A DNA stretch of 56,483 nt from Simkaniaceae bacterium (GCA_040880145.1 JBBDIZ010000037.1:1-56483), one strand, 5' to 3'; numbered from the stretch's first letter, positions 7,844-22,099 are shown. Numbers and translations: made by a program. The notes: a model not told the origin generated them from the letters alone.

Positions 7844-8650
7844 ATGACTGTCCAAGACGTATTTCACGCGTCTCGTCTTATCCATGAAGTGGAAGGCGAG
7901 ATGTCTATAAGTTTAAGCCTAAACGAGTTAAGCTCATTAAGTTCAAAAATTTTATATATAAGCGAGTTTTTAAAAACTAACCCTCAGGAAGAATTAGAGG
8001 GGTTGCTTTCTGATTTAATTAAAAAATTTAATGACTATCTATTGCAGGCTGAGATCCAAAAAATTCTCGATCTAACTTGTGCATTAAAAAATAATCTTAC
8101 AGAGAAGAAGCCTTCTTCAAAAATTATTTTGACAGAATTAAGGTCTTCAATCGAGGTTATTTTTAAAAAATTCTCTTTATCTAAAAGAGATTTACGAAAG
8201 GTTTATGAGGCAAAAAAAGTTTTGATTTCTGCAGAAAATTTTGACAATGAAAATTTTCATCTTGCAGATCTTGATTCCTCTGATTTCGATGCTGACCTTC
8301 TCAATTGCTTTGAGGAAAAGGAGCAGCAGGAGCTAGGACTTGAGCTTCACATGCTTCAATATTATCTTATGAATGAGAATTTAAAAAAATTCTTTAGCCA
8401 TTACCGGGTCCTTCCCTATTCGGTCCAGTGCGCGCTGAACGAAGATGTCCATCGTAGAGGAGGCTGTATTTGCCATCTTTCACTAGAGAGTGACTTAACA
8501 AAGGTCCGCTCCCAAAGTCTTCTTGCTCAAAAAGCCGCAATAAACTTGGGCTTTTATTTGGCAACGGGACTTTCTCGTACAGATCAAGAAATTACGGAAG
8601 AACTCAATGTGATTGTTTCAGACTTAGCTAGCCTTGACGCGATCGGTTAA
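7844..8650 (+). CDS. Hypothetical helical protein
   Basis: 268-aa ORF with ATG after an AT-rich intergenic region; no motif recognised. Confidence 0.6.
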   Translation: MTVQDVFHASRLIHEVEGEMSISLSLNELSSLSSKILYISEFLKTNPQEELEGLLSDLIKKFNDYLLQAEIQKILDLTCALKNNLTEKKPSSKIILTELRSSIEVIFKKFSLSKRDLRKVYEAKKVLISAENFDNENFHLADLDSSDFDADLLNCFEEKEQQELGLELHMLQYYLMNENLKKFFSHYRVLPYSVQCALNEDVHRRGGCICHLSLESDLTKVRSQSLLAQKAAINLGFYLATGLSRTDQEITEELNVIVSDLASLDAIG

Positions 8651-9661
8651 CTCAAGCATCATATAAAAGCTTCCGGTTAGAACCAAAACCTCCCCTTCCA
8701 ACACTTCATAAGCATCAAGTGTTGGAAGAGGGAGGTTTTGAAGCCTTTCATGGCTTGAAGGAATCGCTTTGATATCGTTTGAATACTTTCTGATTACGGC
8801 CAAAGACTCTTCTAAAGAGCGCCCATTAGATAGGGCCAGCCCGACCTTGATCCTTTTATTTGGATAAACTTTCAGGACTCGATGGAACAAGGCCTCAAAA
8901 GCAGCAGGGTTGTGAGCGCCATCTATGATTACTCTTTTTTTTATTTCTTGAAATCGCCCGGGAGGTTCTTTACGAATTAAGGGGGGGACTTTAAGAAATT
9001 CAAGAGCTTGAAGCGCCATTTGAAAATTTTCCTCCTCAAATACATCAAAAAAATCGGTCTTATATAAAGGGGCTCCCATTTTTTCAGCAGCTTCTAAAAT
9101 GGGGGCTCGATTTGCTGTAGGGCCAATAATTACGGGAGTTTGGTTTTTAATAATTCCTGCTTTTTCATAGGCAATTTTATCTAAATGATCTCCTAAAAAA
9201 TTCGTATGTTCTAGGGAAATCGAGGTGATAATAGAAAGAATGGGATTTAAAAAGTTCGTCGCATCAAAGCGCCCGCCAAGACCTGTTTCGATAACAGCTA
9301 TTTTAACTTTTTTCTTTCGAAAATAGCGAATGGCACTTACCGTTAAGGTTTCAAAAAAAGTTAATTCGTCTAAATCGGCACTTAAAAGCTCCAACTCCTC
9401 AGCAGAAATGGGTATGCCATTGATTTGGATTCTCTCTTCTAGATCTCTAATATGGGGAGACGTAAATAACCCAACGTCGATTTTTGACTCATTTAAATTC
9501 TGAGCGATGTGATGGGCAACACTTCCCTTTCCATTTGACCCGGCAATATGAACGACCTTAAAAGGAACAGGCCCCGCAAGCTCTTTGATTCGAGCGAGAT
9601 CCGTTTTTTTTGTCCCCTGAGGCTTACTCAGCAGCTTGGATAAGGTTAAAGCTTTCTTCAT
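8624..9661 (-). CDS. folC: Folylpolyglutamate/dihydrofolate synthase (start uncertain)
   Basis: HIAGSNGKGS, FTSPH, ETGLGGRFDATN, DGAHNP, TGSFY. Confidence 0.92.
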   Translation of the reverse strand: MKKALTLSKLLSKPQGTKKTDLARIKELAGPVPFKVVHIAGSNGKGSVAHHIAQNLNESKIDVGLFTSPHIRDLEERIQINGIPISAEELELLSADLDELTFFETLTVSAIRYFRKKKVKIAVIETGLGGRFDATNFLNPILSIITSISLEHTNFLGDHLDKIAYEKAGIIKNQTPVIIGPTANRAPILEAAEKMGAPLYKTDFFDVFEEENFQMALQALEFLKVPPLIRKEPPGRFQEIKKRVIIDGAHNPAAFEALFHRVLKVYPNKRIKVGLALSNGRSLEESLAVIRKYSNDIKAIPSSHERLQNLPLPTLDAYEVLEGEVLVLTGSFYMMLELTDRVKAS

Positions 9662-10433
9662 CGGTCCAGGAGGCTCCGAGGGGGTTATAAAGTTTGTTGT
9701 CTCCGTGAAAATCTGAGCCTCCACTTATTAGAAGCCTTCTCTCTTTTGCCATTTTTATATAACGTTTTTCATAGTCGATTTGAAAGCGGGCGTAATAACA
9801 CTCCATTCCATCAAAAGAATATTTCAGAACTTCTTTAACACTACTTCCTTTCATTAAGTGAGGATGAGCTAAAAAAGCCTTCCCCTTAGCACTATGGATG
9901 ATGTCGATGGTCTCAGATATGGAGATGGGATCTACATTGACGTAAGCTTTTTTACCATTTCCTAAATAGCGTTTAAAAGCCTCATTGATTTCACTGACAT
10001 ATCCTTTCTTTACCATTAAATTGGCAATATGAGGCCGGCCAATTGATGCTCCTCCCTCTAATTCATCATAGGAAAGATCAAATCCTTCCTTTCTCAGCTT
10101 GTCAATCATAAGGCGATTGCGCTTTTCTCTTCTTTTTTGATGTCTTAAAACCAGCTCAGAAAGTGCCGGGTTTTTTAAATCAAGCGCATAACCGAGTATA
10201 TGAACAGGCTCATTACGATGAAAGCTAGAAAACTCAACTCCGATAAGCAGGCAAATACCCAAACGGTCTGCCAGTTCAAAAAGGGCCGAATCATAGCCGG
10301 CTAGTGTGTCATGATCTGTAATCGAAATCCCCTGCAGCCCTCTCTCTTTAGCGAGCTCTATAAGCTGGGCTGGAGAATAGGTTCCATCTGAAGCTGTCGA
10401 ATGGGTATGAAGATCCGCTCTAAACTCACTCAT
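9624..10433 (-). CDS. PHP-domain metal-dependent phosphoesterase (TrpH/YciV-like)
   Basis: DLHTHSTASDG, ITDHD, GRPHIA, AHP, GGSDFHG. Confidence 0.92.
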   Translation of the reverse strand: MSEFRADLHTHSTASDGTYSPAQLIELAKERGLQGISITDHDTLAGYDSALFELADRLGICLLIGVEFSSFHRNEPVHILGYALDLKNPALSELVLRHQKRREKRNRLMIDKLRKEGFDLSYDELEGGASIGRPHIANLMVKKGYVSEINEAFKRYLGNGKKAYVNVDPISISETIDIIHSAKGKAFLAHPHLMKGSSVKEVLKYSFDGMECYYARFQIDYEKRYIKMAKERRLLISGGSDFHGDNKLYNPLGASWTDEESFNLIQAAE

Positions 10434-11295
10434 AGGGGATGACCTTGACCTCTATTTTAAGCTCGGCGCCTTTTTTCTTTTCTACTTGTTCTTTTATTTT
10501 TTCGATTAAAAAGAGAACATCTTTTGCTTTTGCCCTGCCGCGATTGACGATAAAATTAGCATGGGTAAGTGAAATCTCTGCATCGCCAACCCTTAAGCCT
10601 TTTAAGCCCGCCTCTTCAATAAGACTGCCGGCACTTTGCTCCAATGGATTCCGAAAAATGCACCCTGCTGACTTTTCGCTATAGGGTTGCGTCGCTTTCC
10701 GATACCCCAAGATGGCAAGCTGCTTTTCTCTTGCGATAGAGGACTCAGTAAGCTTGAAGCTAGCCTCAATAACGATTTCATGGGTTGTCTGTAATAAGCT
10801 AGAGCGGTACCCAAAGGAAAAATCAGAGTTCAATTTTTTTTTTACTAATCCGCTGCGATCGACGACCAGGGCTTGAACTAGAGAGTCTTTAGTCTCCTGG
10901 CCATTTGCTCCGGCATTCATATAAACGGCTCCGCCAACGCTCCCTGGGATGCCTGAGGCAAATTCAAGGCCACAGTACCTTTTTCGCGCTGTGTACGATC
11001 CAAGTCTCGAAAAGCTCGTTCCTCCCCCAACGTGGAAAATATTGTTCTCTTGTTTGATATAATCAATTTTATTGAGAATAACGAGACGATTCAGCCCTCT
11101 ATCATCAAATAGAAGATTTGATCCCTTTCCAAGGATAAAATAGGGGATTTGCTTCTCGTTTGAAAAGGAGAGCGCCTCTTGTAATTCATCTAAATTCTTT
11201 ATAATAGTAAAGAAGCGGGCCGGACCTCCGATACCAAAAGTGGTATACTTGGATAATGGCTCATTTTCAAATATTTTTAACTTAGTTAGCAGCAC
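10426..11295 (-). CDS. murB: UDP-N-acetylenolpyruvoylglucosamine reductase
   Basis: GKGSNLL, GIPGSVGGAVYMNAGA, FGYRSS, SAGCIFRNP, HANFIVN. Confidence 0.97.
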   Translation of the reverse strand: MLLTKLKIFENEPLSKYTTFGIGGPARFFTIIKNLDELQEALSFSNEKQIPYFILGKGSNLLFDDRGLNRLVILNKIDYIKQENNIFHVGGGTSFSRLGSYTARKRYCGLEFASGIPGSVGGAVYMNAGANGQETKDSLVQALVVDRSGLVKKKLNSDFSFGYRSSLLQTTHEIVIEASFKLTESSIAREKQLAILGYRKATQPYSEKSAGCIFRNPLEQSAGSLIEEAGLKGLRVGDAEISLTHANFIVNRGRAKAKDVLFLIEKIKEQVEKKKGAELKIEVKVIPYE

Positions 11296-11704
11296 AGAAT
11301 TTGGATGATTTTTTATAAACAGAGTCTAAAATGGCATTGACGAAGTTCGCTCCGGATGGGGAGCCAAACTTACGGGTTAAGCGAACTCCTTCCGCAATGG
11401 CAACAATGGGTGGAACTTCCTCTTCGAAATTCATCTCAAATAGAGAAAGTCTTAAAATATTTTTCTCCACAGATGTAATTCTCTCTGAAGCATATTCAAT
11501 GGATGCTTCTTTGATAATTTCATCTAAAGCTGAGACAGAATCCATTATTTTTTTTGCTTTTACATGAGCAAGATGGATGTTTGCGCGAGTTGCTTTTAAC
11601 TCCTTCATCATAAAGGGAATCAACTCATCCGTATCTTGACCCTTTTCTAAGCAAAAAAGTATTTGAAAAATAGCTTCTCGTAGTTTTGTTTTAGGAAGTG
11701 CCAT
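11282..11704 (-). CDS. nusB: Transcription antitermination factor NusB
   Basis: REAIFQILF, EKNILRL, FVNAILD. Confidence 0.95.
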   Translation of the reverse strand: MALPKTKLREAIFQILFCLEKGQDTDELIPFMMKELKATRANIHLAHVKAKKIMDSVSALDEIIKEASIEYASERITSVEKNILRLSLFEMNFEEEVPPIVAIAEGVRLTRKFGSPSGANFVNAILDSVYKKSSKFCAAN

Positions 11705-11732
11705 AGGAGATCTATAATACGTTAAACTCCCT

Positions 11733-12194
11733 TTATAGTGAAGAGCGAATCATCCATGCGCTTTTTTCATGAGAATCAAGTCTTTTGTTTAAAAAATCTG
11801 CTGTGGCACCATCATGGAGTTTTTCAACTAAAGGAAGATGCTTTCGAATAATGCGGATCAGTGTTTCATGATCTTTTAATAAACGACGCAGTATTTCATC
11901 AGATGCAAGCTTTGTCTCTGTCTCCTCTTTTATCTCGGAGTTTTTTAGAAAGAGAGAAAAAGAGCCAATTGGATAAAAGCCGAGCGCTCGAACTCTTTCA
12001 GCCATCTCATCGATGGTTTCGGCAAGCTCTTCATACTGTTTTTGAAAAAGGAGATGAAGCGAATAAAATTCTTTACCCGTAATATTCCAATGATAATGCT
12101 GAGTTTTAAGATAAATCGTATAAGTATTGGCAAGAATCTTTTCGATGCCATCTGCAATCATTTTTCGATCATTTTCTTCTATACCTGTATGCAT
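11733..12194 (-). CDS. dps: Dps ferritin-like DNA protection protein
   Basis: HYHWNITG, LHLLF, DEMAER, HEKSAWM. Confidence 0.95.
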   Translation of the reverse strand: MHTGIEENDRKMIADGIEKILANTYTIYLKTQHYHWNITGKEFYSLHLLFQKQYEELAETIDEMAERVRALGFYPIGSFSLFLKNSEIKEETETKLASDEILRRLLKDHETLIRIIRKHLPLVEKLHDGATADFLNKRLDSHEKSAWMIRSSL

Positions 12195-12270
12195 GCCGGA
12201 CTCCTTTGATTAATCCAAGTTTAGAAAATTCTCTTGAATCTGTCATCACTATTTTGTATCTTTTTAAGAT

Positions 12271-12852
12271 ATGGATGGAATCTTTTTAGATATTGAAACC
12301 AATGGCCTTAACTTCTTAAGACATGTTCCACTTGAAATCGCTTTTAAAATTATCGATCTCAAAACAGGCGTTATCAAATGTTCATTTGAATCCATGATTG
12401 CTCCAAGTATCGAAGAATGGAAAAGAAGCGACAAGGAGAGCTTAGCCATTAATAAAATAAGGTTTAAGGCGTTAGAGAATACTAAGTCAAGAGAAGTGAT
12501 TGGCGAAGAAATCGCCTTAAAATTCAATCATCATCAGGTAAAACGAGGGAAAAGCGTTTATATCTGTCAAAACCCTTCTTTTGATCGTTATTTTTTTTCC
12601 CTGCTCATCGATCCGGATCTTCAAGAAAAGTATCACTGGCCCTATCACTGGCTCGATCTCGCATCCATGCAATGGGCCTTGTCGATGAGAGATCAAAACT
12701 GTCCGTGGCTTGCAGGATTAACAAAAGATAAAATTGCGGCGTTTCATAATCTTCCAAGCGAAAAGTACCCCCATCGGGCTATGAATGGTGTCGAGCATTT
12801 GATTCTTTGCTATGAAAAAGCTATAGGGTTTCGAGCAGGTGGCGCAACTTGA
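12271..12852 (+). CDS. DEDDh 3'-5' exonuclease
   Basis: FLDIETNG, QNPSFD, WLDL, PHRAM. Confidence 0.8.
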   Translation: MDGIFLDIETNGLNFLRHVPLEIAFKIIDLKTGVIKCSFESMIAPSIEEWKRSDKESLAINKIRFKALENTKSREVIGEEIALKFNHHQVKRGKSVYICQNPSFDRYFFSLLIDPDLQEKYHWPYHWLDLASMQWALSMRDQNCPWLAGLTKDKIAAFHNLPSEKYPHRAMNGVEHLILCYEKAIGFRAGGAT

Positions 12853-13627
12853 TATTCCTATCACCATTTTCGCGCATAGCTTCTACTTTTGAATAAAAGC
12901 TCCTACCCCCAAAAACAGCAAGGGAATCGCATAGCAAATCGAACTTTTCAAATGAAAGTTCTCCTTCCACAAGGCACTCCTCTTCAATTTTTCTTGCAAT
13001 CTCCAACTTTTCAAGCACTCTCTTTTCTTGAAGAAAGGAATGGATAAGTTGCAAAAGCTCTTTTGAATTCTTAAGCATTAAGGCACGCCCCAATGAACCC
13101 GCTGCTATTTTAGTCAGTAAATCTCTTGATTCTTCTTCTTCGAACTCTTCCTCTATCCACCTGTCCTGAAGGGGTGGAAAATAAAGAGAGTGAGATCGAG
13201 ATAAAATGGTTGGAAGCAGGGCGTTTCTAGAAGAGGCCACTAAGATAAAATGGGTTGTCTCTATAGGTTCTTCTAAAGTCTTTAGAAGAGCATTGGCGGC
13301 AGCTGTATGAAGACGATGGGCATCATCAATAAGAATCCATTTTTCTTTGGATTCAAAAGGAGGCTCTTTCGCATTTTCAATAATCTTTAATGCACTCTCC
13401 ATGGTAATCAATTGAGCCTTTCCAGAGCTCTTGATCACTCTTAAGTCAGGGGGATCTTTTTTTTGAGTTTTGAGTCGATACCGAGCAAACTCAATGGCAA
13501 AGGAAAGCTTGCCGACTCCACTTATTCCATGAAAAAGAAGGGTCTTTGGAAGCTTTTGGCTTTCCACGAGATGGCTTAGGATCGCTTTCGTTTCAGGATG
13601 CGCTTTGAGGTTTGAAAAGAGTGTCAT
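12821..13627 (-). CDS. holB: DNA polymerase III delta' subunit (short, no Zn module)
   Basis: AANALLKTLEEP, LLPTILSR; follows tmk. Confidence 0.88.
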   Translation of the reverse strand: MTLFSNLKAHPETKAILSHLVESQKLPKTLLFHGISGVGKLSFAIEFARYRLKTQKKDPPDLRVIKSSGKAQLITMESALKIIENAKEPPFESKEKWILIDDAHRLHTAAANALLKTLEEPIETTHFILVASSRNALLPTILSRSHSLYFPPLQDRWIEEEFEEEESRDLLTKIAAGSLGRALMLKNSKELLQLIHSFLQEKRVLEKLEIARKIEEECLVEGELSFEKFDLLCDSLAVFGGRSFYSKVEAMRENGDRNIKLRHLLETL

Positions 13628-14252
13628 TGATTATCTTCATTGAATTTTCAAATACTTGCGAAGGTGTAAAAAGCCCATCAATGCAATGAATGCGCTTTGG
13701 ATCTTCCTTGATCAGCCTTAAATAACCCTCTCTTACTTTCGTATGAAAGCTCAATCCTTCAGCCTCAATTCGATCATGCCCGCCTTTTGGACTCTCTTGA
13801 CGCCTTTGCGACTCAACGCGCTTTAAACCAACTTCGGGGTCGATATCGATGAATAGGGTTAAATCCGGCTTCAGCCCATCTGCTACAAAATCACAAAGCT
13901 CTTGGATGAAATCGAGATCAAAGTGCCTAGCGGCCCCTTGATAAGCTCTTGTCGAATCATTAAAGCGATCACAGAGAACGACTACCCCTTTAGCAAGAGC
14001 CGGACGTATCACTTCTTCGATATGTTGAGATCGATTCGCTAGAAAAAGAAAAAGCTCTGCTCTTGTTGATAGTGAGTAATCTTCCTTTCCAACTAGGATT
14101 TGACGAATCAGAGGACCAATGCTCGATCCCCCGGGTTCACAGGTCATAAGAACTTCATGCCCAAGTTCCTTAAAAGAGGCAGAGAGTTTTTTAATGAGGG
14201 TTGACTTCCCACTCCCCTCTCCCCCTTCTAGTGTGATGAAATAGCCCTTCAC
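13593..14252 (-). CDS. tmk: Thymidylate kinase
   Basis: FITLEGGEGSGKST, LCDRF, AYQG. Confidence 0.97.
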   Translation of the reverse strand: MKGYFITLEGGEGSGKSTLIKKLSASFKELGHEVLMTCEPGGSSIGPLIRQILVGKEDYSLSTRAELFLFLANRSQHIEEVIRPALAKGVVVLCDRFNDSTRAYQGAARHFDLDFIQELCDFVADGLKPDLTLFIDIDPEVGLKRVESQRRQESPKGGHDRIEAEGLSFHTKVREGYLRLIKEDPKRIHCIDGLFTPSQVFENSMKIINDTLFKPQSAS

Positions 14253-16723
14253 TCCTTATCCTTAATCTCTTCAATTTGCTCGATATCCTCAAGCTTTTGA
14301 AGCGCCACAATCCGATCTTCTTCAGCCTTGAGATTCACAAGCCGAACTCCTTGAGTAGAGCGTCCCATCACTCGTACATCTTCCATACGCATACGCAGAG
14401 TTTGGCCGGAATTTGACATGACAAGAACGCTATCGAGATCTCCAACTGAAATAGCTCCGACGACCTCTCCATTACGACGACTTGTAATGATAGAACGGAC
14501 CCCTTTTCCTCCACGTCGAGTTTGTCTAAAGTTATCGACGCTTGAGCGTTTTCCAAAACCTTTTTCACAAACAATGAGCAGAGTCTCATTACCTTTTACA
14601 ATTTCACAGGAAACAACTCCATCATCTTTATCTTTGAGCGTTGCACCGCGAACACCACGAGCAACTCGGCCCATAGCTCGTACATCATGTTGATCGAAAC
14701 GAACTGCCATTCCAGCCCGTGTGAAGATCATAATTTGATCATCATCCCGTACAAGGTTTGCTGAAATAACTTCATCGCCCTCATCAATATTGATTGCATA
14801 AACCCCTTTTCGTCTTGGGGAGCTGAATGCATCGAGTAAGGTCTTTTTGACTACACCTTTCTTTGTAGCGAGTAAAATGCAGGCTTCTTCAGTAAAGTCG
14901 CGAACTTTTAAAACAGCTGCAATTTTTTCATCACGAGCAATTCCCTCTAGCAAATTCACGAGAGGTTTTCCCTTTGATCGACGACTGCTCTCTGGGATTT
15001 CCCAAACTTTGACCCAATAACAGCGTCCATAGCTTGTGAAAATGATCAAGGTTTCATGAGTTGAGGCTACATAAACATCTTTCAATGCATCACTCTCTTT
15101 TTTCATTTCAACCCCAATGACCCCCTGTCCTCCACGGCGCTGTTCGCGGAAGGTATTGGCAGGCATTCGCTTGATATAGTCATCATTTGAGATCGTAATG
15201 ACAACAGACTCATCCGCAATGAGATCTTCCATCTGGAATTCTCCTTCTGCTGCAATGATCTTTGTACGTCGATCTGATTTGCTCTGTTTTTTTAAGCCTT
15301 CAAGCTCTTCTTTAATGATGTCTCGAACCATTTTTTCGCTTGCTAGAATCTTTCTTAAATAGGCAATCTTTTCTTGAAGTTCTTGATACTCATTCTCAAT
15401 TTTCTCGCGCTCTAATCCGGTCAATTGATAGAGTTTTAGATCTAGAACAGCACCTGCCTGGCGATCGCTAAGTTCATAGCGAGCTACTAATTCATTTTTT
15501 GCATCTTCACGATTTTGTGAAGCGCGAATGATTTTTACAACCTCGTCAAGATGATCAAGAGCTTTTAAATACCCTTCCAATATATGCGCACGAGCTTCTG
15601 CTTTATTAAGCTCAAATCGAGTCCGTCTTCTCACAACCTCGATACGATGATCAATCCATGCTTGGATCATCTGTTTAACATTCATCACACGAGGAAGTCC
15701 CTTGTCCAGGGCAAGCATATTAGAGCCAAACGTAATCTGAAGATCGGTATACTTATAGAGCTGATTGATCGTGACGTCTGGAATCTCACCTCTTTTGAGT
15801 TCAAGAACAATACGCATTCCATCTTTATCAGACTCATCACGAATATCTGAGACGCTTGTGATCGTTTTGTCATTGATCAAATGAGCAATTTTTTCAACGA
15901 GGCGAGCCTTATTGACATTGTATGGGATCTCATCGACAACGATGCGTTGACGGTCTGACGATCCTTCCATATCTTCTAAGTGAAGAAGACCTCGAATAAT
16001 CAGCCGCCCTCTCCCTTTGTAAAAAGATTCCTTAATTCCTCGATACCCGCAAATTATCCCCCCAGATGGAAAGTCAGGTGCCGGCATGACCTCCATAATC
16101 TGATCGATTGTGGTTGCAGCATCATCGATTAAGAGGTTCGTTGCTGAAATCAGCTCCCCCAAATTATGAGGAGGGATATTCGTTGCCATTCCAACAGCGA
16201 TCCCTGATGAACCATTACATAGAAGATTCGGAAATTTTGAAGGAAGAACTGTAGGCTCTTTTTTCGTCTCATCATAGTTAGGTATAAAATCAACGGTCTC
16301 CTTATCGAGATCTTCCATTAAAGCCATAGAGGGATGGGTTAATCGCGCTTCCGTATACCGCATCGCAGCGGGAGGATCCCCATCGACAGAACCAAAGTTT
16401 CCTTGTCCATCGATAAGCGGATAACGCATCACCCAATTTTGAGCCATACGCACAAGAGTTGGGTAAATGACCATCTCTCCATGAGGATGGTAATCTCCGG
16501 AGGTATCCCCGCTAATTTTTGCACATTTACGATGCTTGCCGCCAGGCGAGAGGTTCAGCTGCCTCATCGCGTAGAGAATACGGCGTTGACTCGGCTTAAG
16601 TCCATCACGTACATCAGGAAGAGCTCTGGAAATGATTACGGACATCGAGTAGCGTAAGTAACTCTCCTTAACCTCATCTTCTACATTACGAGGTAGAATG
16701 ATTTCATCTTTGGTATAACTCAT
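14249..16723 (-). CDS. gyrA: DNA gyrase subunit A
   Basis: RALPDVRDGLKP, HPHG, AAMRYTE, GyrA box QRRGGQG. Confidence 0.98.
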   Translation of the reverse strand: MSYTKDEIILPRNVEDEVKESYLRYSMSVIISRALPDVRDGLKPSQRRILYAMRQLNLSPGGKHRKCAKISGDTSGDYHPHGEMVIYPTLVRMAQNWVMRYPLIDGQGNFGSVDGDPPAAMRYTEARLTHPSMALMEDLDKETVDFIPNYDETKKEPTVLPSKFPNLLCNGSSGIAVGMATNIPPHNLGELISATNLLIDDAATTIDQIMEVMPAPDFPSGGIICGYRGIKESFYKGRGRLIIRGLLHLEDMEGSSDRQRIVVDEIPYNVNKARLVEKIAHLINDKTITSVSDIRDESDKDGMRIVLELKRGEIPDVTINQLYKYTDLQITFGSNMLALDKGLPRVMNVKQMIQAWIDHRIEVVRRRTRFELNKAEARAHILEGYLKALDHLDEVVKIIRASQNREDAKNELVARYELSDRQAGAVLDLKLYQLTGLEREKIENEYQELQEKIAYLRKILASEKMVRDIIKEELEGLKKQSKSDRRTKIIAAEGEFQMEDLIADESVVITISNDDYIKRMPANTFREQRRGGQGVIGVEMKKESDALKDVYVASTHETLIIFTSYGRCYWVKVWEIPESSRRSKGKPLVNLLEGIARDEKIAAVLKVRDFTEEACILLATKKGVVKKTLLDAFSSPRRKGVYAINIDEGDEVISANLVRDDDQIMIFTRAGMAVRFDQHDVRAMGRVARGVRGATLKDKDDGVVSCEIVKGNETLLIVCEKGFGKRSSVDNFRQTRRGGKGVRSIITSRRNGEVVGAISVGDLDSVLVMSNSGQTLRMRMEDVRVMGRSTQGVRLVNLKAEEDRIVALQKLEDIEQIEEIKDKE

Positions 16724-16735
16724 TTCAGTTCTCCT

Positions 16736-19587
<2,852 letters not shown>

Positions 19588-19692
19588 ACCTGGCCATCAT
19601 AACGGATCTCGGCTGATAAAAACAACATCAAAAGCGCTTATGATTTCTTTCATGGCAAAATAATCTCCTCTTATGTTATAGTCACTCACACT

Positions 19693-21504
19693 ATGGAAAA
19701 TAAAGATCAAATTCGCAACATTGCCATCATCGCCCATATTGACCACGGGAAGACAACCCTTCTCGACAGCCTCTTGAGACAATCAGATGTTTTTAGAGAG
19801 AACCAAGATATCCCGGATCGGGTTATGGACAGTTATTCCCTCGAGCAGGAAAGAGGGATCACAATTTTTGCGAAACACACTTCCCTGACCTTTGAAAATC
19901 ATAAGATCAATATCATCGACACTCCCGGACATGCAGATTTTTCTGGAGAAGTTGAAAGAGTTCTCGGCATGGTCAGTGCTGCCGTTTTACTTGTGGACGC
20001 CCGAGAAGGCCCTATGCCGCAAACTCGATTTGTCCTCTCGCAAGCATTAAAAATGGGACTTAAAATTATTTTATGTCTAAATAAAATCGATCGCCCCCAC
20101 TCCGACCCCGAAAACGCCTTAAATAAAACTTTTGACCTTTTTGTCGAACTTGGTGCGACAGATGAACAACTCGATTTCCCTTACCTTTATGCATCAGGGC
20201 TTACAGGATTTGCAAAAAAAGAATTAACAGATCCGGAAGTCAATATGCGCCCTCTTTTTGAGATGATTATTGAGCAAGTTCCTCCTCCGTCCGGCAACGT
20301 GGAACTTCCCTTTCTCATGCAAGCTTCAACTCTTTCTTACGATGACTTCGTTGGCCGTCAAGCGACAGGCCGCATTTTAGAGGGTAAGATCAGCAAAGGC
20401 GAGCCGATTGTCTTAGTTAACAAAGATGGTCATCCGACACACCATAAGGTATCACGAATTGAAGGCTATCTCGGACTTCAAAAAATTGAAATGGAAGAGG
20501 CTTTTGCAGGCGACATTGTCTCAATTTCAGGAATGCCTGAAGTCATGATCGGCGACACGCTGACAAACCCTCAAAAAATCGTACAGCTTCCCCCGATTGA
20601 ACTCTCTGAACCCACTCTCTCTGTCGATTTCTTAGTCAATAGTGGTCCCTTCGTTGGTAAAGACGGTAAACACGTTACAATGAATAAGATTCGCGAGCGT
20701 CTATTAAAAGAAAAGCGTGCCAATATCTCCTTTGCAATCGAAGAGCATTATGGTGAAGAAGATCTCATCCGCGTCTTTGGTCGAGGCGAGCTCCACCTAG
20801 CTATTCTCATTGAAGCGATGAGACGAGAGGGGTACGAATTCACGATTTCGAAACCAAAAGTCATCCTTAAGGAAATCGAAGGCGTTCGCCATGAACCCTT
20901 TGAATTAGCTCATATCGAAGTTCCCGAAGAGTATTCAGGTGTTGTTATTGAAGAATTATCACGAAGAAAAGGCGAAATGCGCCACTTAGAGACAAATGAG
21001 CATAAAATCACGACCTTAACTTTTTTTATTCCTACTCGTGGACTCATGGGATACCGCAATACTTTTCTTACAGCAACTCGCGGCGACGGCATTCTCACTT
21101 CGTCCTTTGACAGCTATGGACCTTATAAAGGAGAGATCCCAGGCCGAAAACAGGGGGCTCTAATCGCACAAAGCGCAGGAAGAACCACAGGCTACGCCTG
21201 TTTCAACTTGCAAGATCGCGGTGTCCTTTTCGTTAAACCAACAGATGAAGTCTATGAAGGCATGATCATTGGTGAAAATAACCGCGACAATGATATGAGC
21301 GTCAACATCACTCGAGAGAAACAACTCACAAACGTCCGTGCATCGGGTACAGATGAAAGCATCACGCTCACTCCACCAAGAAAAATGACACTCGAGCAAG
21401 CCATCGACTTCCTTCAAGACGATGAACTTGTCGAGATTACACCTAACCATATTCGATTGAGAAAACGTTTTCTTCAGGAAAATATGAGAAAAAGGAAGCG
21501 CTAG
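19693..21504 (+). CDS. typA: Translational GTPase TypA/BipA
   Basis: [39 protein letters not shown]. Confidence 0.98.
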   Translation: MENKDQIRNIAIIAHIDHGKTTLLDSLLRQSDVFRENQDIPDRVMDSYSLEQERGITIFAKHTSLTFENHKINIIDTPGHADFSGEVERVLGMVSAAVLLVDAREGPMPQTRFVLSQALKMGLKIILCLNKIDRPHSDPENALNKTFDLFVELGATDEQLDFPYLYASGLTGFAKKELTDPEVNMRPLFEMIIEQVPPPSGNVELPFLMQASTLSYDDFVGRQATGRILEGKISKGEPIVLVNKDGHPTHHKVSRIEGYLGLQKIEMEEAFAGDIVSISGMPEVMIGDTLTNPQKIVQLPPIELSEPTLSVDFLVNSGPFVGKDGKHVTMNKIRERLLKEKRANISFAIEEHYGEEDLIRVFGRGELHLAILIEAMRREGYEFTISKPKVILKEIEGVRHEPFELAHIEVPEEYSGVVIEELSRRKGEMRHLETNEHKITTLTFFIPTRGLMGYRNTFLTATRGDGILTSSFDSYGPYKGEIPGRKQGALIAQSAGRTTGYACFNLQDRGVLFVKPTDEVYEGMIIGENNRDNDMSVNITREKQLTNVRASGTDESITLTPPRKMTLEQAIDFLQDDELVEITPNHIRLRKRFLQENMRKRKR

Positions 21505-21592
21505 CATCACCGGCTAAGAGAGTCCCATGTCAAAAGTTTTAACTTCTACAAGCTCCTTAATCGATAGCGCCCACGAACTATTTTTAGATTCC

Positions 21593-22099
21593 TTAAGGAT
21601 TCGAATTATTCTTTTGATTTAATAGTATTTGACGAGCCTCTTCGATTGATTCTTTGTGTATCGTGCACTTTGTTACATCTGTCATATTGTTGTAGTATAT
21701 ATTTCCATATCGAATAGAAATAATTCTTAATTCACTTCTGTCAATTTCTGAACCATCTTCATTTCTCAAAAATAGTGCTAAATAAAGGTGCTTGTCTTCT
21801 ATTTTGTCAACTTTAAGATATTCACTATGTATAGGAGATTCATTAAATTTCTCCCGAAGTTTATCTACAAGATCAACGGCAACTTCACGGGCTCCATCAA
21901 TCCCTAGTTTTTTATAGTAATTGAATTTGTATGACAAATGCTCTTTTCCTTTATAAAGTGACCCTCCAATGCAAACACATTGGACATGAAGCTCCTTTTG
22001 CACTTCGTTAATTACCCTAGCTTCTTCATTAACTCTTTCCGGTTTTTGACTTGGAAATATCGTCATTAATACAACAGATAAAATTTTTAGTTTAATCAT
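21593..22099 (-). CDS. Putative Rhs immunity protein, distal copy
   Basis: 168 aa, signal-like N-terminus, tandem near-duplicate of 22108-22614. Confidence 0.7.
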   Translation of the reverse strand: MIKLKILSVVLMTIFPSQKPERVNEEARVINEVQKELHVQCVCIGGSLYKGKEHLSYKFNYYKKLGIDGAREVAVDLVDKLREKFNESPIHSEYLKVDKIEDKHLYLALFLRNEDGSEIDRSELRIISIRYGNIYYNNMTDVTKCTIHKESIEEARQILLNQKNNSNP

